Shown here: in pieces, positions 58,112 to 64,000 of the stretch
How the letters are laid out: each line of letters opens with the position of its first letter
Position numbering within the stretch: position 1 is the stretch's first letter
Assembly (NCBI GenBank): GCA_963851265.1
Contig: CAWKNZ010000008.1
Span: forward strand, 192,001-256,000
Length of the DNA stretch: 64,000 bases
Reading direction: 5' to 3'
Source: an uncultured Gemmatimonadales bacterium
GTDB lineage: Bacteria > Gemmatimonadota > Gemmatimonadetes > Gemmatimonadales > Gemmatimonadaceae
Made by a program: the position numbers and the translations under genes
The notes under the pieces: model-generated
The model's input: only the letters and a program-made list of their open reading frames with translations
The model's database searches: none
What the model was told of the DNA's origin: nothing

Positions 58112-58717
58112 TCAGCCGCCGCCCCCACCCGAAGCGCCCCCGCCCCGGCGGAGGCGCGCGCCGGCGAGCCGGGTGGTCCGCCACGTCACGGCCGCCGAGG
58201 TGAGCGCGAGCACGGCGGCCGCCGAGTCGAGCACCGGGGCGATGCCGTGCACGGACGTCCCGTCGACCAGGACGGCGTAGAGCAGAAACGCCACGGCGAG
58301 CATGGCAGGCAGCAGGGCGACGGCGAGCCAGACGCCCGCCTGCCACTCGACGCGGCGCGCGGCCCCGGGCTCCGCGCGCGCCAACGCGACGCCGTCAGGC
58401 GCTAGCCCCGCGCCACCGTCGCCACCCGCGAACACCCCGACGTGGCGCTCCCGCAGCCACTCGTGGATCACGCTCCGCTGGGCGCGCGTCAGCGCGCTCT
58501 GGTGCTCGGCGTCGTAGTACGCGACGACCTCCACGGCCCCGGCGTACACCAGCCGCACCGGGCGTAGCGCGTAGTCGTGCGCCGCGAAGTCCCGCAGGTG
58601 CGACGCCGCCTCCACGTCGTCACCGAGATCCAGCACGCTGGCCCCGTGCGCCCACAGGTGACGGCGGACACGCCGCGGGCCGGCGCTGCGGCGGAGCCGG
58701 CGCGCAGCAGTCGTCAT
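58112..58717 (-). CDS. Hypothetical protein with two C-terminal TM helices (N-terminus weakly YggL-like)
   Basis: ATGA overlap with the upstream gene; hydrophobic C-terminal helices. Confidence 0.55.
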   Translation of the reverse strand: MTTAARRLRRSAGPRRVRRHLWAHGASVLDLGDDVEAASHLRDFAAHDYALRPVRLVYAGAVEVVAYYDAEHQSALTRAQRSVIHEWLRERHVGVFAGGDGGAGLAPDGVALARAEPGAARRVEWQAGVWLAVALLPAMLAVAFLLYAVLVDGTSVHGIAPVLDSAAAVLALTSAAVTWRTTRLAGARLRRGGGASGGGGG

Positions 58718-59367
58718 CGCCCGGCTTGCGCGCCGCGCGCCACGGCCCCGCGCAGCGTGCGCAGCACCGCAGCCGCCGGCCGGCCCGCCGCTAACCGGCC
58801 GCTGACCAGCACGAAGTGCCCGCTCGCCGTCGCCCCCCACCGGCCCGCGCTCCGCAGGCGCCACGTGCCCACGACCGAGTCGGCGCGCCACGCGCCGCGC
58901 AACACCACCTGCGCCCGCTCGCTCGCGGGTCCGAGTACGACCTCCACCGAATCGCCACCCGTGGCGGACGCGGATCCGAGCGGCTGGCGCGTCGTCGCGA
59001 CCAGGTCGGGCACCCGGTCCGCGTCGCGCGGATCGAAGCCGAACGGCGAGAAGTCGACGTCGTACGTGCCGTACACGGCGGGCCGGGCCTGCGACACGTC
59101 GCCCGTCGCGGCCGACGCCGTGAGCCAGTGGTTGGCGACGAGGGCGAGCGTCCCCCGCACACGTCCGCCGCTGGACTCGTGCAGCGCCGCGCTGTCGAAG
59201 CCGAGCGGGGGGCTGTCGAGCGCGAACGTCACATCCCACACACCCACCAGTCGCGAGGTGGGCGCCGCCAGGGACTCGCGCTCGTGTGCCGAACGGCACG
59301 CGCCGAGGAGGGCAGCCAGCACAGCAGCCAGCACGGTCGCCGATGCGGCTCTCGATGCGGCGCGCAT
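58714..59367 (-). CDS. Hypothetical lipoprotein
   Basis: RBS GGGAGG, lipobox LLGAC, beta-rich G-x-W motifs. Confidence 0.65.
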   Translation of the reverse strand: MRAASRAASATVLAAVLAALLGACRSAHERESLAAPTSRLVGVWDVTFALDSPPLGFDSAALHESSGGRVRGTLALVANHWLTASAATGDVSQARPAVYGTYDVDFSPFGFDPRDADRVPDLVATTRQPLGSASATGGDSVEVVLGPASERAQVVLRGAWRADSVVGTWRLRSAGRWGATASGHFVLVSGRLAAGRPAAAVLRTLRGAVARGAQAGR

Positions 59368-59609
59368 CAGTAGTCCCTCCCACCGTCGCCCCATGTCCCG
59401 GCGCGCATCGCCGTCGCGACGTCCGGCCACTCCGCGCGCCAGTCCCGCTCTCTCGACGCGGCCGCTGCCCGGACGCGCGTGCGGCGCGCCCCCGTGCCGT
59501 CGCCCGTCGACTGCCGGAGCAGGCGCGCGGCACACACCGTCGCCGCGATCACCACGACGAGGCCAGTCTGGCGATTCGACCACTGCACCACGTGCTGCGA
59601 CATGCCCAT
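59367..59609 (-). CDS. Possible small hypothetical protein
   Basis: TGATG stop/start overlap with the lipoprotein gene and one hydrophobic stretch; otherwise unsupported. Confidence 0.25.
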   Translation of the reverse strand: MGMSQHVVQWSNRQTGLVVVIAATVCAARLLRQSTGDGTGARRTRVRAAAASRERDWRAEWPDVATAMRAGTWGDGGRDY

Positions 59610-59824
59610 GCGGCTACCCGCGCTCGGTGGGCGCACCGGCGCGTCGCCCGGTCGGGCCGGTCACGCGCGGTGCGCGGTCCCATGAGGCTACCGCGGCGAG
59701 CGCGCAGGCCGCACAAACATCCTCGGGACGCGCGTGAAGATCGCGTAAACGGCGTGCCCGCTACCTTCGCGGGTGCCGGTGTGCACCCGCGAACATCTCC
59801 GTCCCCTTCCACCTCCCCGCCCGC

Positions 59825-61843
59825 ATGGCTCCAGCTCGTCGCACCCGCCGCGCCCTCGCGGTGCTCGCCACGCTGGCCGCACCATCCGCCGCGCCGCGCC
59901 GCGCCGCCGCCCAGCAGGCGCCGCCGACCGCCCAACCGCCACTCGGCACCCGCGGCGGCCCGACGATCGAACAGGGCGGGCTCCGCTTCCGCGACCTCAA
60001 CCGGAACGGCACCCTCGAGCCGTACGAGGACTGGCGCCTCACGCCCGAAGCGCGCGCGCGCGACCTCGTCGCCCGCATGACCGTCGACGAGAAGGCCGGC
60101 GCGATGATGCACGGCACCGCGCGCACGGTCGGGGCGATGGGCACCGCCGGCGTGGGCGCACACTACGACACCGCGGCCGACCGCGTCCTGATCGACAGCG
60201 CCAAGGTCACCAGCATGATCACGCGCCTCGGCGGCGACCCGGCGACGCTCGCGGCCGAGAACGATGCGCTGCAGGAGATCGCCGAGCACACCCGGCTCGG
60301 CATTCCGATCACCGTCAGCACCGACCCGCGGCACCACTTCCAGTACGTGATCGGCGCGAGCGTCGCGCCCGGCCGGTTCTCGCAGTGGCCCGAACCGCTC
60401 GGCCTCGCGGCGATTGGCGACCCCGCGCTCGTGCGTCAGTTCGGCGACGTCGCGCGGCAGGAGTACCGCGCCGTGGGCATCCACCTCGCCCTCTCGCCCC
60501 AGGCCGACCTCGGGACCGAGCCGCGCTGGCCCCGGATCACCGGCACCTTCGGCGACGACGCGGCGCGCGCCGCCGCGCTCGTGCGCGCCTACGTCGAGGG
60601 GTTCCAGCACGGCGGCGCCGGAGTCGACCGCGAGGGCGTCGCCACCGTCGTCAAACACTGGGTGGGCTACGGCGCGGCCAAGAACGGCTTCGACAGTCAC
60701 AACTATTACGGACGGTTCGCGAATTTCTCCGCCGGCCCCGCCGGGGCGCGCCACCTCGCCGAGCACGTGCGGCCCTTCCTCGGCGCCTTCGCGGCCCACG
60801 TGGCGGGGGTGATGCCCACCTACTCCATCCTCGAAGGCGCCTCGTGGGCGGGCCGCCCCCTCGAACCGGTCGGGGCGGGGTTCAACCATCAGCTGCTCAC
60901 CGACGTGCTCCGGGGACAGTACGGCTACCGCGGCATCGTGCTCACCGACTGGGCGATCACGAACGACTGCACACCGCGCTGCCGCGAGGGCGCGCCGGCG
61001 GGTGTGCGCCCCTCGTTCGCGGACGTCGGCATGCCCTGGGGCGTCGAGGATCTGCCCATGCGCGAGCGCTTCGTGAAGGCCGTGCGCGCGGGCGTCGACC
61101 AGTTCGGCGGAACGGAGCGCGCCGACGTCCTCGCGGCGGCAGTGCGCGCCGGCGAACTCCCCGAGGCGCGGCTCGACACGTCGGTCGTGCGCGTCCTCAC
61201 GCAGAAGTTCGCGCTCGGCCTGTTCGAGAACCCGTACGTCGACCCAGCCGACGCCGCACGGCGCGTCGGCACCGACGCCTTCCGCGCCGCGGCCGACGCC
61301 GCGCAGCGCCGCGCGCTCGTGCTGCTCGAAAATCGGGGCGGCATCCTGCCGCTCCGCGGCACGCGCCGCGTCTACCTCCACGGCATCGCACCCGAGGCCG
61401 TCGCGCGCGAGGGGTGGACCGTCGTCACCGACCCGGCGCAGGCCGACGTCGCCCTCATGCGCCTCGCGGCCCCGTTCGAGACGCTACACCCCGGCTACGT
61501 CTTCGGCGCGATGCAGCACGAAGGCAGCCTCGCCTTCCGCGACGGCGACCCGGAGTACGAGACCTTCAAGCGCGTGAGCGCCGTCGTCCCGACGATCGTC
61601 ACCGTCTACCTCGACCGCCCCGCGATCCTCACGCCGCTCAAGGCGCGCGCCCGCGCCGTGGTCGCCAACTTCGGCGTGAGCGACGCGGCGCTCCTCGACG
61701 TGCTCACCGGGCGGGCACGGCCGGGCGGCACGCTGCCCTTCGAGCTACCCGCGTCGATGGCGGCCGTCGAGGCGCAGCACTCGGACGTGCCGCACGACAG
61801 TCCGCACCCGCTCTATCCCACGGGGTTCGGCCTGCATTACTGA
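59825..61843 (+). CDS. Secreted GH3 beta-glucosidase
   Basis: FRDLNRNG...PYEDWR, RLGIP...DPRH, EPRW-x-R-x-x-GTFG, KHW, TDW, DQFGG, FGLHY. Confidence 0.92.
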   Translation: MAPARRTRRALAVLATLAAPSAAPRRAAAQQAPPTAQPPLGTRGGPTIEQGGLRFRDLNRNGTLEPYEDWRLTPEARARDLVARMTVDEKAGAMMHGTARTVGAMGTAGVGAHYDTAADRVLIDSAKVTSMITRLGGDPATLAAENDALQEIAEHTRLGIPITVSTDPRHHFQYVIGASVAPGRFSQWPEPLGLAAIGDPALVRQFGDVARQEYRAVGIHLALSPQADLGTEPRWPRITGTFGDDAARAAALVRAYVEGFQHGGAGVDREGVATVVKHWVGYGAAKNGFDSHNYYGRFANFSAGPAGARHLAEHVRPFLGAFAAHVAGVMPTYSILEGASWAGRPLEPVGAGFNHQLLTDVLRGQYGYRGIVLTDWAITNDCTPRCREGAPAGVRPSFADVGMPWGVEDLPMRERFVKAVRAGVDQFGGTERADVLAAAVRAGELPEARLDTSVVRVLTQKFALGLFENPYVDPADAARRVGTDAFRAAADAAQRRALVLLENRGGILPLRGTRRVYLHGIAPEAVAREGWTVVTDPAQADVALMRLAAPFETLHPGYVFGAMQHEGSLAFRDGDPEYETFKRVSAVVPTIVTVYLDRPAILTPLKARARAVVANFGVSDAALLDVLTGRARPGGTLPFELPASMAAVEAQHSDVPHDSPHPLYPTGFGLHY

Positions 61844-61886
61844 CACGCACCGCGGCGGCACGGGGCGCGCCCGACTCGAGCACTCT

Positions 61887-62321
61887 CTAGTCGAGCACCT
61901 TCACCCACGCCTCCCCGTCCACCACCGTCTCGCCGCGCTGGTTGGTGCACACGGTCGAGAGCCGCACGCGGCGCTTCGCCTCGTGCAGCTCCAGCACCTC
62001 CAGCCGCACCGTGACCACGTCGCCGGGGCGCACCGGCAGCTTGAAGGCGAGCGTCTGCGACTTGTACGCGCTCCCCGGCCCGGGCAGCACGTTCGCGATC
62101 GCCGCGGAGATGAGGCCCGCGCTCAGCATGCCGTGCGCGACGCGCCCGCCGAAACGCGTGCGTGCCGCGTGCACCTCGTCGAAGTGCAGCGGGTTGAAGT
62201 CGCCGGTGGCCGCGGCGAAGTGCGCGATGTCGGCGTCGGTGATCGTGCGCGTGACCTCGGCCGTCCGGCCCACTTCGGGCAGGGGTGCCACCGGCTCCGG
62301 CGTCACGGGATCAGCCGCCAA
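61887..62321 (-). CDS. MaoC family dehydratase (R-specific enoyl-CoA hydratase-like)
   Basis: FA-x-x-TGDFNPLH-x-D...FGGRVAHGML, LPGPG; start TTG 62321 or GTG 62306. Confidence 0.9.
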   Translation of the reverse strand: MAADPVTPEPVAPLPEVGRTAEVTRTITDADIAHFAAATGDFNPLHFDEVHAARTRFGGRVAHGMLSAGLISAAIANVLPGPGSAYKSQTLAFKLPVRPGDVVTVRLEVLELHEAKRRVRLSTVCTNQRGETVVDGEAWVKVLD

Positions 62322-62381
62322 TCGCGCACCACGCCCCGGGGCGACACCCAGCGGCGGCCCGCCCGCAACCTGCGCGCCGCG

Positions 62382-63530
62382 CTACGTCGGCCCAATCGGC
62401 CCGAGCTGCAGGTACGGCCCCACGCGACACGACCACCGCCCGGCGGCGTCGCATTCGACGACGAGCGGCGTCCCCGCGGGCGCATAGATCGGCGTCCCGG
62501 CGAAGCTCCCGATGAGCGCCGGTGCGGCCCCACTCGCCCCCACGACGGGCCCCGAGATCGGTGCAGCCCCCGGCGCGTCCGGCGCTGCTGCGGCCTGAGC
62601 CCGCACCGCGCCTCGGGGTGCCGCCGATCCCGCGGCGCCGGCCCCCGGCACCGGCGCCGGTGAGAGCCCCGTCGTCGCGCCCGATTGCACCGCTGGCGCG
62701 TCGTCCGGGGCGCCGAAGGCCGCAGCGCGGAGCACGAACCGGCCCGTGTGGCCGGCGCGCGTGTCGACGTCCAGCAGGCGCGCCCGCACGAGCGCGGCGA
62801 CCGCGTCGCTCACCGTGCTGCGCCCGAACCCGGTCAACCCCTCGAGGTCGCGCACCGACAGTCGTACCGGTGCCCCTGGGCCATCCGCCGTCCGCGTGCC
62901 GTCGCCCGCCGCGTCGGCCTGCTCCGCCAGGGCGCGGAGCACGGCGCAGGGCGCGGCGATCGCGGCCCCGACTGCGCCGAGGCGCTCGCGCACGGCGGCC
63001 CATCCAATCGACGCCACGGCGGGCGCTGGGACGATGGCGTCGGGCGCGAGGGCGAGCGGTCCGCGCGCGCCGTTGGGCTGCGCGACGACGCCGGCGCCGT
63101 ACAACACGTCCAGCGCGCGCTCCACGTCCCGCAGCCCCGCACCGGCGAGATCGCCCAGCCGCCGGAGATCGTACGGGACCGGCCGCATCAGCGCGAATCG
63201 CGACGCATCCTCGGCCCGACCGCCTTCGAGCCGCGCCTGCAGAGACACCGCGTCCGGACTGTCCGGCATGCCCGCTGCCAGCTCGGCGATCGCGCAGGCG
63301 ACGCCCACCGCGGTGCGAATCGTTTCCGCGCTGGGGCGCTCCGGACCGGGGCGTACGCGCCCGGCCCGCGACGTGGCAGCCCACGCGCCGATTGCCTCGC
63401 GCACCGCGTCCGGCGACACCCACCAGGTCAGGCCGTCGTGCGCGGCCTCCGGAACGGCGCGCACCGACACCGCCGACGCTCCGGTGCGATTGCCCGCTCC
63501 GACTGCACGCCGCCGCGGCGCGATGCTCAT
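62382..63530 (-). CDS. Hypothetical DNA-binding protein with two winged-HTH-like segments
   Basis: LRRLGDLAGAGLRDVERALDVLYGAGVV and LSVRDLEGLTGFGRSTVSDAVAALVRARLL; start uncertain. Confidence 0.6.
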   Translation of the reverse strand: MSIAPRRRAVGAGNRTGASAVSVRAVPEAAHDGLTWWVSPDAVREAIGAWAATSRAGRVRPGPERPSAETIRTAVGVACAIAELAAGMPDSPDAVSLQARLEGGRAEDASRFALMRPVPYDLRRLGDLAGAGLRDVERALDVLYGAGVVAQPNGARGPLALAPDAIVPAPAVASIGWAAVRERLGAVGAAIAAPCAVLRALAEQADAAGDGTRTADGPGAPVRLSVRDLEGLTGFGRSTVSDAVAALVRARLLDVDTRAGHTGRFVLRAAAFGAPDDAPAVQSGATTGLSPAPVPGAGAAGSAAPRGAVRAQAAAAPDAPGAAPISGPVVGASGAAPALIGSFAGTPIYAPAGTPLVVECDAAGRWSCRVGPYLQLGPIGPT

Positions 63531-63618
63531 CCCGCGCCCTGCCCGACGGCCAGGTCGAGCCCCGGCGACCGTCCATGTCCCGCCACACCATCGGCCACCC
63601 AAGCAGCCGCGTCCGATC

Positions 63619-63963
63619 TGTCTATCCCCCGCCACACCGCACGTCGTCGGACACCAGCCGCGAACGCGCTGGACTGTCCGGCGGTACCCAGGGGTGAGGA
63701 AGGGGGCATAGGTGCGGTAGACACTACGGGTGCGTTCGCGATCCGTCCAGGGGTGTCCGGTGGACGGACACCGGTCACCTCGTCGGCCGTGCGGCGGACA
63801 CCGGACAGACGCACGCCAGCGCCGGGCCGCAAACGTCTACGCTGCGCCACACGACCCGCACTCCGTTCCTGCGGTACGACCGCGCCGTCCGCGCACGACG
63901 CCCGTCGGTTCGGTCGGCGGGGTGGTTCCCGGCTCTCTGGACAGTGTGGAGCACCATAGACAA
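63619..63963. repeat. Cluster of short (C/T)(G/A)GACA motifs, including CGGACACC x4
   Basis: CGGACACC at 63648, 63765, 63795 and inverted at 63752; related copies at 63619, 63674, 63718, 63802, 63938, 63957. Confidence 0.6.
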
Positions 63964-64000
63964 TCCCACACCAGGCGAACGATGCGGCGACGAGGTGGCC

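Noticed and set aside
1..64000. Many long overlapping or antisense ORFs in the six-frame track (e.g. 3403-6462, 7579-10947, 11977-15981, 55589-58405)
   Set aside because: Arg/Ala/Gly-rich shadow frames expected at this GC content; each overlaps a gene with recognisable motifs.

Overview
Very GC-rich (about 75% by eye), gene-dense bacterial DNA. It resembles Gemmatimonadota (Gemmatirosa/Roseisolibacter type), but that is an inference from style only. About 50 CDS; I saw no rRNA, tRNA, CRISPR array or transposase. From left to right: (1) a carbohydrate cluster (SDR, GH3-PA14, CE7 esterase), a frameshifted S9 peptidase and a large membrane patatin; (2) DoxX, an AcrAB-OprM-type pump, TetR regulators, an acyltransferase and an FKBP; (3) an Xre/RES toxin-antitoxin pair coupled to an LMF gene, then LysR and a second RND pump; (4) an unannotated two-gene module; (5) a 19 kb metal/redox island with CzcCBA, a two-component system, a cytochrome-b-like protein, two Tat Rieske proteins, a PEP-CTERM protein, a Cache-HAMP Ser/Thr kinase, three cupredoxins, a porin and an ECF sigma/anti-sigma pair; (6) EamA/Lrp, penicillin acylase, GH3, MaoC and a tandem-wHTH gene next to a GGACA repeat cluster. 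Main findings: (a) the genes at 32290-34216 share an ungapped 19-residue amyloid-like motif (C-terminus of one, N-terminus of the other), a candidate non-NLR amyloid-signalling or cell-death module; (b) the non-palindromic octamer GCCTAACR occurs 25 times in several reading frames; (c) four matching ECF promoters and two matching OmpR-type boxes outline a regulon for the redox island. Family assignments come from motif recognition by eye, not from database searches.
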